DNA from: Eledone cirrhosa
Taxonomy: Eukaryota
Assembly: GCA_964016885.1 (NCBI GenBank)
Contig: OZ024762.1
Location: 8,494,001-8,558,000, forward strand
Reading direction: 5' to 3'
Length of the DNA: 64,000 nt
Shown one piece after another: positions 26,644 through 38,884 of the stretch. A program made the translations under genes and the position numbers. Below the pieces are notes generated by a model. The model did no database searches, was not told the DNA's origin, and was given only the letters and a program-made list of their open reading frames with translations. Every line of letters begins with the position of its first letter. Position 1 is the first letter of the stretch.

Positions 26644-27479
26644 TGTATGGCATACATACACACACACACACACACACACACGTACGGTTTTGTTTTGAAG
26701 AAGTTTTGCTTGTTACAATATTAAATTAGGAATTGTCAACATTGATTATTGCGGCGAGGTTTGACACATACATACATTACTACACACAGGACAAACACAC
26801 ACACCCACACACACATATACAGTGTACTCCCGCGGCATTTGCGGTCCCGACTTTCGCGGATCCAGTTATTCGCTGAATCGTAAATATCTTCCGCGATTTT
26901 TTAATGGCTTTTTTCGTTGCAATATATGGGGTCGATAAAATAAGGTACCAGTAATGAACTGGGTGATTGCTGGCCTTGTGCCTAAAGTAGAAACAAATAT
27001 ATATATATATATATATTTCACGCTAAATTATTAATAACAATATACCGTATTTGCCGGCCTATTCGACGCCCCTTCGCATAAGACGCTCCTCCCTCTTTTT
27101 TAAAATTATATATATATATAAAGGGTGTCCCCAAAAATGTATACATACTTTGATTACCTGCACAGGCACTATTTAATAGAATGCTGTTAAAGTGTGTTTA
27201 CATTTTTTGGGGGACACCTTGTATAGATGACAGGATACACACCCACACAAACACAAACACACACACACAATCGGTATTCGCTGACAGTTCGGAAAATGTC
27301 TAACACTTGTACTATTAGGTTTTATTGATAAAATACACAACCATGTTTTTACTACATCTTGGGCTCAACTGACAAGCATGTAGGGATTAATTTGAGGAAA
27401 TTTGGCTGTTATTTCTAGCATGTTGGGCGACCAAGTAAAGATCTCCTCGTTGTGTATGTTGTTTAATCACACACACACG

Positions 27480-27512
<33 letters not shown>

Positions 27513-27551
27513 GTGTATGTGTTGTTTTGTGTATTTGCATGGTACTATGTT

Positions 27552-27639
<88 letters not shown>

Positions 27640-27647
<8 letters not shown>

Positions 27648-27847
27648 TACAAATATTAATAAAATAGATGTTCTTTTGATCAATTAAATTTTATTATACA
27701 ATAATGTATAATAAAATTTAATTGATCAAAAGAACATCTATTTTATTAATATTTGTATTTTAATATTAATAACTCCGGAAAATTATTTTTAACTGTAGAG
27801 TGCTTCCAATCTACTGTAAAACTCATTCATTGAATCTTGTTTAACTC

Positions 27848-27852
<5 letters not shown>
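27640..27852 (+). mobile_element. Shorter fold-back copy of the 22295 family in (TA)n
   Basis: Arms of about 60 bp centred near 27702, with the same tail (ccggaaaatta...tagagtgcttccaat...ttaactct). Confidence 0.75.
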
Positions 27853-27883
<31 letters not shown>

Positions 27884-27985
27884 CCTGAAGAAGGGTTTAA
27901 CCCCGATACGTCGAACTTTCTTTCCTCTTTCCAATATAAAGCGTGAAACTAGAGACTTTTTGTACCTTTGTTTGTTGTCTCATTG

Positions 27986-28057
<72 letters not shown>

Positions 28058-28188
28058 CTATATATATATATATATATATATACACTCATATTAGATAGAA
28101 TCGGGGCCCGACGGCTGAGCTTTTACCGTTTCGACTGCTAGTTCCAGAACTCTACTATCCCAAGTATCGAGTACACTGGCACATATGC

Positions 28189-28248
<60 letters not shown>

Positions 28249-28493
28249 GAGGGTATATAGTGGCTGTAAAAACATATTTTAAGAACTTACCTCATATTTT
28301 TCACTCACTGTATTTATCCTTTCACTCGTATTCCAAACGATGTGTGTATATTTATATATTTTCCTCGTTCAGAAGGTATAGAAAGATAATGTTTTTTCTC
28401 ATTCTTATGTTTGTATATATGTATGTATATATGTATGTATTGTTTGTGTGTTTGTATATATATATATATGTGTGTATGTATTGTTTGTGTGTT

Positions 28494-28538
<45 letters not shown>

Positions 28539-28842
28539 GTGTGTGTGTGCGCGTATATTTATATATGTATGTATGTGTGTAATAGTGTAGGTATGTGTGT
28601 GTATGTTTGCATTCTTATGTTTGTATATATATATATATATGTATGTATTGTTTGTATATATATGTGTGTGTGTGTGCGTATTAATGTAGGTATGTTTGCG
28701 TGTGTTATGTAGATTATTTTTCTTTTCTTTTGTCGGTAGAATGGAGATGTAGGTGTGTATAGGTGTATATATATAAAGATGAATGTGTTTATATGTGTAT
28801 ATAAAAGTGTGTGTATGTATGTAAATGTGTGATTGTATGTAG

Positions 28843-28894
<52 letters not shown>

Positions 28895-29906
28895 GCGAAT
28901 GTGTGTATATGTGTATATAAAAGTGCGCGTATGTCTGTTAATGTGTATGTGAGTGTGTATGAATGTGTGTGTGTGTGTGGTTCTCTGTCAATGTGTATGA
29001 GTGTGTGTTTATATCAATGTGTATATAAATGTGTTGTCAATATAAAAGTGCGCGTGTGTATGTGAGTGTGTATCAATGTATATGTGAGTGTTTGTCAATG
29101 TGTGTGCGTGTGTGACTGTATCAATGTGTGTATGTGTTTGTTAATGTGTATGTGGGTATGTGTTAATGTGTGTCTGTGTATGTGTTTTTCTATGTGTGTT
29201 TGTGTTTGTCAATGTATGTGTGTGTGTGTCTATGTGAATCTGTGTGTGTGTGTGTTTGTCTATGTGTGTTTTGTTAATGTGTATGTGTGTTTGTCAATGT
29301 ATGTGTGTTTGTCAATGTGTGTGTGTGTGTATGCTAACGACCCGGCTTCAACTGGATGCTAAATAAAGAAATCCTTCTCGTTCCGTCTGTAAAGTTGTCA
29401 ACTATACTGGGAGCCGACATCGGGGCCAGCAGTAGCCGAAGATATACAATTTTGTGTCGCCTCCTTTGATGCCAATACCAAACATCCACCACCGCCGCCA
29501 ACACCACCACCGTCGCCAACAACACCACCACCGCCACCACCACCAACGCCACCACCACCAACAACACACTAATGTAATAACGAAGGGGTTATTAACAATG
29601 TTATTCCGGTTAATATTCGTCTTTCATAAATGTGCAGCTTGCAGTATGTCAGTTTACTGCCAGACTTTAGCTTTTGTTGTTGTATCCCTTCCTTCCTTTT
29701 TTTCTTTCTTTCGTGTTCGTCTCCTTTTTCTTCTTTTTCTTGTATTCTTCGTCTTTTTCTTGTTCTTTTTCTTCTTTTTCGTCTACTTCGTCTTCTTCTT
29801 CCCTGCCAAACTCAAGACACCCAGACAACATCAACTCAAAACTCCCCTTGCCGCAAGTCAGCCACTCTCCCTCTCGTTCTCCTTCACCTCTCTTCCCCTC
29901 CTTCAA

Positions 29907-30460
29907 TAACTTCTACTCTGTCTCTTTACTCCCTCCCTCACTAACTTCTTCTCTGTCTCTTTACTCTCTCCCTCACTAACTTCTACTCTGTCTCTTTACT
30001 CTCTCCCTCACTAACTTCTACTCTGTCTCTTTACTCTCTCCCTCACTAACTTCTACTCTGTCTCTTTACTCTCTCCCTCACTAACTCCTACTTTGTCACT
30101 TCTCTCCTTCACACTTCTCTTTCCCTCCCTCACTAACTTCTACTCTGTCACTTCCCTCCCTCACTAACTTCTACTCTGTCACTTCTCTCCCTCACACTTC
30201 TCTTCACTCCTTCACTAACTTCTATTCTGTCACTTCTCTCCCTCACACTTCTCTTCACTCCTTCACTAACTTCTACTCTGTCACTTCCCTCCCTCACTAA
30301 CTTCTACTCTGTCACTTCCCTCCCTCTCTAACTTCTACCCTATCACTTCTCTCCTTCACACTTCTCTTCACTCCCTCACTAACTTCTACTCTGTCACTTC
30401 TCTTCCCCCCCCCCCCTTGACTAACTTCTACCCTGTCACTTTCTTCACTCCCTCAATAAC
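29907..30460. repeat. CT-rich 35-bp minisatellite decaying rightwards
   Basis: Unit cttctactctgtctctttactctctccctcactaa at 29910, 29945, 29980, 30015, 30050. Confidence 0.9.
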
Positions 30461-30512
30461 TTCTCTCCTTACACTCCTATCTCTCCCTCACTCCCAGAAG
30501 TGTATGTGTATG

Positions 30513-30564
<52 letters not shown>

Positions 30565-31550
30565 GGGAGGTGGGGGAACATTCTACCTTACCTATCAGTC
30601 GACATATGTATCTACCTTACAGTGAATGTCTATACGACAGAAACTAAACCACGCGTACAAATCCACCCAGAACCACCCTTATTACATCCGCCCCTCTCTC
30701 TCTCTCTCTTGCTCTTAATTCACTTATCTTTGCTGTGACTTGACTCTCACACCCGCTGTCTCTACGGACGTTGCTGTTGCCTTGCCTTCTACAACAAACG
30801 ATGATAACTCTAATCAACAACAGCCCCGGATAACAATATACCTTTATACCCAAGCTTGTGCCCTGCAGAGGAATTTTTCAGGTGCAGATTAGGTCGACGG
30901 CTCCTAACCTGGGGTTCGACCTCATTTGGAAATCTGGAAAGTTAGTAGAACTGGGGATCTGTGAATTAAGTTTAAAATCCCATCTACTTTATTATATACA
31001 CACTGTTTAGTATCTATTTTGGCCGTTCATACTGATGTTTAAGTAATATCAAAATCTCATAGATTCGATATTATGTGAGATAATTATGTGAGGTAAAGAA
31101 TTTACCATGAAAATATAATAGTAAATATAGAGTAATGTAAATGTTATGAGATATTGTGTGAGGTAAAGACTTTACCATGAAAATATAATAGTATATATAG
31201 AGTAATGTAAATGCTAAAGGATTAAACACCTATTCTGGCTGCTCATATTGATGTTGAGGTATTGTTCTCAAAATAAGTATTACCAAAATCTCATAGATTC
31301 GATATGTGAGGTAAAGCCTTTACCATGAAAATATAATAGTAAATATAGAGTAATGTAAATGCTAAACGGTTAAGTATCTATTCTCTAACTATAAACATTT
31401 CTATCTTTCAAATGTTATAATAATAATAATAATAATAATAATGCTTTCTTTATTAACCACAAGGGTTTACATAAAGTAGACATTAAGGACAGTACAGGAC
31501 GGTACAAATGGGCATTTCTGCGTGTAAAAAACAAAAACAGAGGATGTAAA

Positions 31551-32342
31551 TAATAATAATAATAATAATGAAATTGTGTACAGTGCTCAGGTGCACCACA
31601 ACTCATCAAAGGTGCATGTATAGTACATAGAATAATGTTCAAATGTCAGGAAAATGAACAGTGTACGAGTCATGAAATACATGTGTGCGTGTGTATGGAG
31701 GGGGGGGGGGGGGTACATCAGGTGCAGTGTTGGCGAATTTCAGGAAGCATGGACGTTTTAAAGGATGCAGTGTCCCGACAGCTAACAACTGATGCAGATA
31801 GTTTGTTCCATGGAGGTTTTAAAGGATGCAGTGTCCCGACATCTAACAACTGATGCAGGTAGTTTGTTCCATGGAGGTTTTAAAGGATGTAGTGTCTCGA
31901 CAGCTAACAACTGACGCAGGTAGTTTGTTCCATGGAGGTTTTAAAGGATGTAGTGTCTCGACAGCTAACAACTGACGCAGGTAGTTTGTTCCATGGAGGT
32001 TTTAAAGGATGTAGTGTCTCGACAGCTAACAACTGACGCAGGTAGTTTGTTCCATGGAGGTTTTAAAGGATGTAGTGTCTCGACAGCTAACAACTGACGC
32101 AGGTAGTTTGTTCCATGGAGGTTTTAAAGGATGTAGTGTCTCGACAGCTAACAACTGACGCAGGTAGTTTGTTCCATGGAGGTTTTAAAGGATGTAGTGT
32201 CTCGACAGCTAACAACTGATGCAGATAGTTTGTTCCATGGAGGTTTTAAAGGATGTAGTGTCCCGACAGCTAACAACTGATGCAGGTAGTTTGTTCCATG
32301 CTTCAACAACTCTGAGCGTGAAAAAATCTTTCCGAAAGTCAT
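31551..32342 (-). mobile_element. CR1 3' fragment containing a 61-bp tandem expansion
   Basis: The - strand encodes FFTLRVVEAWNKLPASVVSCRDT, followed by the 3'UTR and (ATT)n tail of the same family. Confidence 0.88.
31752..32300. repeat. 61-bp tandem repeat, 9 units
   Basis: agtttgttcc recurs at 31800, 31861, 31922 and so on to 32288. Confidence 0.95.
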
Positions 32343-32489
32343 TGTACAACTGTTTCAAGTACTTTAATACAAACAGGCGGATGGTAAGTTAGTTGGAGGT
32401 GGAGGATACTCGTTCGGATGTCACCTTCTCTCTATTTCTTTAAAATTATAGCTATGGTTTATTTTCTAACTAATAGTAAAGAATTTATC

Positions 32490-32900
32490 AAAACATCAAC
32501 TCTCCTGCAGCATCCTGATGCAGTCTGAGACTAACTCAGGCTCTGATGCTCTTGGGGACGAGGAGGGTAAACTCTCCAAATATCATTCGCTCTCCGACAT
32601 GTTTGTAGTCGAGCCCTTGGCAGTGGAGACTTCTAGTGTCCTTGGTCCTAGGAGCACCTCCCTGCTCAACACCATCGGCATGGAGTTGGCTTCCTGCATG
32701 TGTGAGCCTCGCTAGCTGGAATGGCTCTTCCAGCACCTCTCCTACACCACCCTCCGGGGAAATGCCTTCTCTATTCTGTCCGCCGGGTCTACGGGGCGCC
32801 CAGCGCGTGGGCCTCCATTTGTTCACAATAGTGAGAGATGGGGAGAGCGGGAGAGACGGTGGCAGTGACTGTGGGAGTTTGGTTCTTTTGTGTTCAGACT
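32490..32900 (+). mobile_element. CRE-like non-LTR 3' end (RLE C-terminus); relatives at 10460-10830, 15600-15690, 36332-36395, 44689-44880, 51120-51290, 51984-52049
   Basis: EEGKLSKY...EPLAVETSSVLGPRS...WLFQHLS...RGNAFSILSAG matches the K..KY / P.AVET.G / (Q)RGNA signature. A shared 3'UTR follows the 10.7 kb and 32.8 kb copies. Confidence 0.7.
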
Positions 32901-33128
32901 TAGGGTATAGATAGGGCGGGGGTTTGACAGTATCGGTAGAGCGTCAGGCACCATGCTTTGCAGCACAGAATTCTGGCCCTTTACGTTCTGAGTTCAAATC
33001 CCGCCGAGGTTAACGTTGTCTTTCATCCTTACGAGGTCGATAAAATAAAGTACCAGTGATGCACTCGGGTAATCGCTGGCCTTGTGCCAAAAGTAGAAAT
33101 TATATATATATATATATATGGGAGAGAA

Positions 33129-33928
33129 TGTGATACATATATAAATGAGCTAACCTATCGCCATCTTATCAAGCAGTTACCATAAGATCTGTTATATTAT
33201 TATGTGATACAGCTATGGTGCGACCACACTTGGAATTCGCATCATCAGTCTGGAACCCCTATCTTGCTCGGAACATTGACCTCCTGGAAACTGTTCAGAG
33301 ACGTGCAACCAAGCGCATACCCTCCATCAGACACCTACCATACTCTGAACGCCTTGCTTCCCTGGGCATGGATTCATTGAAGCTCCGACGTCTGGCAATG
33401 GACTTGGTGAATACCCACAAAGTTTTTAACCATCTCGCCAACTGCAACCCTGAGCGCCTCTTTGATCTCCATGTGTCTAACACACGTGGACATGCCTACA
33501 AGATAAGAAAACAGCACAGCTCCCATGACTTTCGCAGACATTTTTTCACGCTCAGAGTTGCTGAAGCATGGAACAAACTGCCTGCGTCAATTGTTAGCTG
33601 CCGAGACACTGCATCCTTTAAGACACTCATGCTTCCCGAAATACGCCAAAACTACACCTGATGTGCCCCTTCCATACACATGCACACATGTGTGTATCAT
33701 GACTCGTGCACTGTTCATTTTACTGATGTTTGTGCATTGCCCTATGTACTGTACATGCACTTTTTTGATGGGTTGTGGTGCACCTGGGCACTGTACACAA
33801 TATTTCATTATTGTTATTGTATCATGACTCATACACTGTTTATTTTCCTGACATTTGTACATTATTCTATGTACTATACATGCACCTTTGATGAGTTGTA
33901 GTGCACCTGAGCACTGTACACAATAATT

Positions 33929-33967
<39 letters not shown>

Positions 33968-34320
33968 AATGAGCTAATCTATCGCCATCTTATCAAGCAG
34001 TTACCATAAGATCTGTTATATTATTATGTGATACATATATAAATGAGCTAATCTATCGCCATCTTATCAAGCAGTTACCATAAGATCTGTTATATTATTA
34101 TGTGATACATATATAAATGAGCTAATCTATCGCCATCTTATCAAGCAGTTACCATAAGATCTGTTATATTATTATGTGATACATATATAAATGAGCTAAT
34201 CTATCGCCATCTTATCAAGCAGTTACCATAAGATCTGTTATATTATTATGTGATACATATATAAATGAGCTAACCTATCGCCATCTTATCAAGCAGTTAC
34301 CATAAGATCTGTTATATTAT
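33129..34320. repeat. 74-bp tandem repeat, 6 units, split by a CR1 insertion
   Basis: atgagcta recurs at about 33145, then 33969, 34043, 34117, 34191, 34265. Confidence 0.95.
33207..33960 (+). mobile_element. 5'-truncated CR1-clade LINE, near-identical to 25612-26643, inserted in a 74-bp minisatellite
   Basis: ORF 33215-33661 differs from the first copy at only two residues. Same 3'UTR and (ATT)n tail. Confidence 0.93.
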
Positions 34321-34591
34321 TCTAGCACAATTATATATACTCCCACACACACACTACTGGATATCTATTCGCCTCTAACTATAAAAAATCTTTCTAATGC
34401 TATTCTCTCTATATAATAATTTAAAGTACTTTGTTAAAAACACAATATATACACATTAGTGGGTATCTATTATTGTCTAACTATAAAAATGTCTCTGTTT
34501 CTAATGCTATTCCGTCTCTCTATAATAATTTAAAGCACTTTGTTAACAACATAATAATATATACACTCACTGTTAGGCAGAGGCGTGACTA

Positions 34592-35128
34592 GGGTATGGC
34601 AAACATGGCCCGTGTCATGGACGGCGCATGAGGGGGAGGGCGGGGACCACTTGGACTATGAACACCTATTAGAGTGTAACTTTGACCACATCAGTCAAAT
34701 TTGCATTGGTAAGCGAGGAGGAAGATGCAGTTTTTCGTGTACTGTTTTCAATTAATTAACTAACGTGATTGGTATTTTTGAGCTGATTTTGTGGTTATCT
34801 GAAAGGTGGGTGTCAGATATTTAGACAGGGTGCAATTTCACGGCTGGCCATAGGCAGGGTCTGTGATCGGAGGGAGGAGAGGGGTCCAGTTGGTACTTTG
34901 TTTCAGGGCGAAAGAGCTAAGAAGGCCCCCACAGCAACCATACAACATTCATTTCGAGGAAATTCTTTGCCTGATTCGGGCCCCAAAAGGGTCTTGTACC
35001 GCCTTGCAAAATTTTTCTTGGAGGCCCTAGCCATAGGCGTTATTTTCCATAGTTGCACCTCTGTTGTTAGGTATCAATTCTCCTCTAATTATAAACATTT
35101 CTATCTTCCATTTGTTATTGTCACTGAT
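34592..35128 (+). repeat. Dispersed repeat of about 530 bp, with a second copy at 43295-43812
   Basis: Colinear similarity from agggtatgg through ttgttattgtcactgatt. Confidence 0.85.
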
Positions 35129-35180
35129 TAACAATTTCAAGTTTGGTATCCATTCTTCATTAATATAAATATTTTTATCT

Positions 35181-35375
35181 CAGACCTGCCAACCTTTAAA
35201 AACCCAAACGGGGAGGGCCATGAAAAAAAGTGCTCCAAAACAGGGAGAAATGAGGTAAAATGGGGAAATTTAACATAATGAAAATTATACCCATTTTTAC
35301 AAGAGAAGACATCCCTCACCCACCCCAAAGTGGGTAGGAGATCTCCCCGTCCGACGGGAAGAGTTGACAGGTCTG
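35181..35375. mobile_element. hAT-like MITE
   Basis: TIRs cagacctgccaac / gttgacaggtctg. A related left end occurs at 43242. Confidence 0.55.
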
Positions 35376-36587
35376 CTCATTAAAATTTCAAGTTTGGTAG
35401 CCATTCTTCTCGTAATATAAATATTTCTATCTTTCAATTTTGTATAACTTATTCGGGAGAGGAATAATTGTAGCAGAAGTTCGTTGATAAATTCATTGAA
35501 ATAAGAAGGATCCTTGGCAGTGAAAACCAAAAAGTTTGGAGCCATTAAGATGGATATATGATCAACTGTGACCGACAAAAACCTTTGAATAACTTAAACA
35601 GAGATGTAGTGGGTTCGATTCATGGACAGGGTGCTACATCGTGTTCTTGATTCTCCAGTCCAGTTAACTGAGAGTGGGCACCAGTAGTAGCTGGGGAGTT
35701 GATCATACGATACACCGGCGTTCTGTCCAGGGAGAGTCTTATAGTCTCAGTAGCGCCGGGTTAACCTTTGTTATTTTTCACCTATTTCAGGGCCCAAGTA
35801 AGGGGCCTCATAACTTAACTATCACAGGGACTCATTTATCCTAGACCCAGCACTGACTCTTAGTCGCTTAACGCCAAGGAAACCAGAGATATACACCGGC
35901 CTGGTGAGCTTTCAACTTAGAACATACTTTAATGTAGACCATTGGTTTATTGTGTATGTGTGTGTTAAGACGTTATATGATGATGATGATGATCATCATC
36001 ATTTTACATCCGCTTTTCCCTGCTTGCAAGGGTGGGACAGGTCCTATTCAGCACATCATCTATCCACTTGTCACGGTCCTTCGTCATCTCCTCCGTGAGC
36101 TTCAGCAATCTGAGGTCCGTGTTTTTCGTGGTCTTCCTCTACTCCGTCTTCCTCCAACTGGCATTTCTCGGCACTCTTTACCCAGCGGTCATCCTCCATG
36201 CGCATCACATGTCCATACCATCCTCCATGCGCATCACATGTCCATACCATCGTAATCTTCTCTCCCGCACACTACAACTTATATGTTTAAAAAAACAATA
36301 ACTAAGTCAGTCAATTATATTGATGGCCTTCCCACAGCCCCGGCGGACAGAATGGTGAAAGCGTTTCTCCGAAGGACGGGAAGGGAGACGCGCTGGTTTA
36401 TTGTTGTTGTTGTTCTTTAATTCTTCCCCTACAGCAGAGCTGCGATCAAATGTGTCTCAGCCGAGACTATAGCAACATTGGATTACATTAACAAATGTAA
36501 ACATCATCTCTCTACTGGGTGCCCTACGTGAATTGTGGTTACCTTCCGTTCTTTAAAGGAACATCATTCTTTTATATGAGAAAGTTT

Positions 36588-36681
36588 TACCTCGAGTGAG
36601 GATCGAACACAAGATCTCCGGGTGTCTCGGCATACCTCTTTAATTGTGAGACTGATGTGCTGTCTACTCCGATACCGAAAC
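36588..36681 (-). pseudogene. Decayed elongator tRNA-Met-like gene with a 21-nt intron after position 37
   Basis: The - strand reads GTTTCGG TA TCGG AGTAGACA GCAC A TCAGT CTCACA [attaaagaggtatgccgagac] A CCCGG AGATC TTGTG TTCGATC CTCAC TCGAGGT A. This is colinear with recalled animal tRNA-Met(CAT) (...TCAGTCTCATAA...GTTCGATCCTCAC...). Stems are broken and the anticodon is now CAC. Confidence 0.65.
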
Positions 36682-37021
36682 TACTAAAAGCATGTCGAAC
36701 GACTTTGCTTTCCTGTCTTCGACATTTCTAAGCGCACATGAGTTCTCTCCCCTGCAACTTCTAGCTGCAAGTCACATCGCCGGGAAAGTGAACTAGTCAT
36801 TGAAACCGGAGAGAGGGATAGATAGATAGGTAAGTAGATAGATAGATAGATAGATAGATATTTATAGGCAGATATTGATAATTAGATAGAATAAATGAAT
36901 AAAAACAGACGATAAAAAAAGCAGACAAAAGGCTTCAGGTTTAATATTTATAATTACTGAAAGATTCTTAGTTAAACATTGTTGTGTGTATATATATGTC
37001 TGTGTGTGTGTGTGTGTGTCC

Positions 37022-37062
<41 letters not shown>

Positions 37063-37069
<7 letters not shown>

Positions 37070-37366
37070 AAGTTAAATAAAAAGTCAAATGTTTAAAATT
37101 TAGCTTCGTTTATTACTGCTATATATATTTCAGTGACAGCCATCTTTGGCTGTGACCTCTTCAAACTGCCTGAAGAGGTCACAGCCAAAGATGGCTGTCA
37201 CTGAAATATATATAGCAGTAATAAACGAAGCTAAATTTTAAACATTTGACTTTTGATTTAACTTTATTTTACATTACTCCGGAGTAACCAAACCAACCTG
37301 CGCACTTCGTCGAGTGCTCCAGCCTGCATACTGAGGTGTTGGTATACAACCAACATATACTCAAAA

Positions 37367-37368
<2 letters not shown>
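37063..37368 (+). mobile_element. Penelope-like fold-back element in (TA)n
   Basis: Arms 37063-37163 and 37171-37271, 7-nt loop, unpaired tail with cgagtgctcc, (TA)n on both sides. Confidence 0.75.
37165..37219 (+). ncRNA. Minimal type I hammerhead ribozyme (structurally intact)
   Basis: Stem I actgc/gcagt. CTGAAGA at 37170-37176. Stem II GGTcACAGCCA-aaga-TGGCTGTcACT. GAAA at 37203-37206. Palindromic stem III ATATATAT. Cleavage after AUA at 37214. Confidence 0.8.
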
Positions 37369-37400
<32 letters not shown>

Positions 37401-37401
<1 letters not shown>

Positions 37402-37580
37402 CGAAGGAAATGTGGTAAGGAACCAGATGGACCATAACGCACCAAAATACTCAATACTTAGTGTAGTAGAGTGAGTAATAGAAACAAGTATGACCCCGAC
37501 GGCAGAGCTCAAGCATTTTCGACGGCTAGAATTAGCCGTCGAAACGGCTTGAGCTCTGCCGTCGGGGTCATACTTGTTCC

Positions 37581-37582
<2 letters not shown>
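37401..37582 (-). mobile_element. (TA)n-embedded family with terminal hairpin (also 11841-12018, 20016-20085, 24872-24987, 28095-28185, 53055-53140)
   Basis: Shared motifs accccgacggc(a/t)gagctc and gagtactc. Hairpins at about 37479-37582 and 11953-12006. Always adjacent to (TA)n. Confidence 0.6.
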
Positions 37583-37611
<29 letters not shown>

Positions 37612-37878
37612 ATGTGTGTTGAATTGTCAAACGAAAATTCTGTTGCTGTTTTATTTAAAATTAAAAATAAAACCCTGAAATCCATGAGAGTCGATCTCTA
37701 AGAATAAAAGTTGAGAAAAACTGATATAATTCCTCTGGGGACGGGAAAAAAAATGGACAAATGTGGCTTTCTGTCCACTTTTTTTAATCCTCTCTTCGGG
37801 GATACTTTACCAGATTTTCTCAACTGTTATTTATAGTGAGCGAAGATTGAACATCGATTACAGTATTTTCTTAACTAT

Positions 37879-37944
<66 letters not shown>

Positions 37945-37949
37945 TTATT

Positions 37950-38142
37950 TATTTATTAAAATAACATATTAAAGTTTAAGCAAAGAATCGCTGCTGTCAC
38001 CCTTAACGGGATCTTCTGAAACTCAGTGAAAGCAGCGATTCTTTGCTTAAACTTTAATCTGTTATTTTAATAAATATTTGCTCTACGGTTCTTATATATT
38101 TGATATATATGTTTGGATTTTAGTCTTCAAATTTATTATTGT

Positions 38143-38146
<4 letters not shown>
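37950..38146 (+). mobile_element. Fold-back element of another (TA)n-embedded family (fragments also at 18915-19090, 21540-21603, 24625-24705, 52592-52700, 54152-54178)
   Basis: Inverted arms ttattaaaataaca.attaaagtttaagcaaagaatcgctgct / agcagcgattctttgcttaaactttaatctgttattttaataa plus a tail. A hammerhead-like C(C/A)GAAGA-tccc-gttaa-gggt-GAAA occurs at 19029-19052. Confidence 0.6.
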
Positions 38147-38181
<35 letters not shown>

Positions 38182-38884
38182 ACGGGTCTGAGACTTGGAC
38201 ACTGACCAAGAAGCTCACTTAGATGGAGGATGGGTGTTACATGAGAATGCTGAGAATGGCTCTGAACATTAATCAGTATACACTGATTGAAGAACTCAGA
38301 GCTGTACGAGAGCCTCCCAAAAGTCAGCTCGAAAGTGACACAAGGGAGACTGAGGTTAGCTGGACATGCTCACCGACATCCAGAGTTGACACTGCACTCA
38401 GTGCTCCTGTGGGTGCCCCTGCATGGACACACTGGACGAGGAAGACCGAGGTTAACATATGTTGATGCCCTAAGGACAGATACTGGTCTCTTGGAGACGG
38501 AGGGCATGGCAGCGATAATGAGGGAGAAAGACCGCTGGAGAGAACTCGGCCATCGATCTCGGAAATTTTACCCACCCTAGATAGATAGATATACTGATTT
38601 ACTGTTATTTTTGTCATTTTGGTTGGTTGAAATTATTTGAATTTCCTAATAGCTTTTGTTCGAGGAGTTAAAATAAATGTCTTCGCATTTTTTTGCACTC
38701 TTGCTGTTATGTTGATTTTTTCCGACTGTCAAACATGAAATAAGAAAGAAAGAAAAAAAGAATGGTTTGATTGAACCTTCGAATGAAATACATGGCTCGT
38801 AGTTTTTCGATTAATTTTATAAATAATCAACAATTTGAAGTAAAATAACCAATTATATTAGGTTGTCAATTTTCTATCTTTTAC

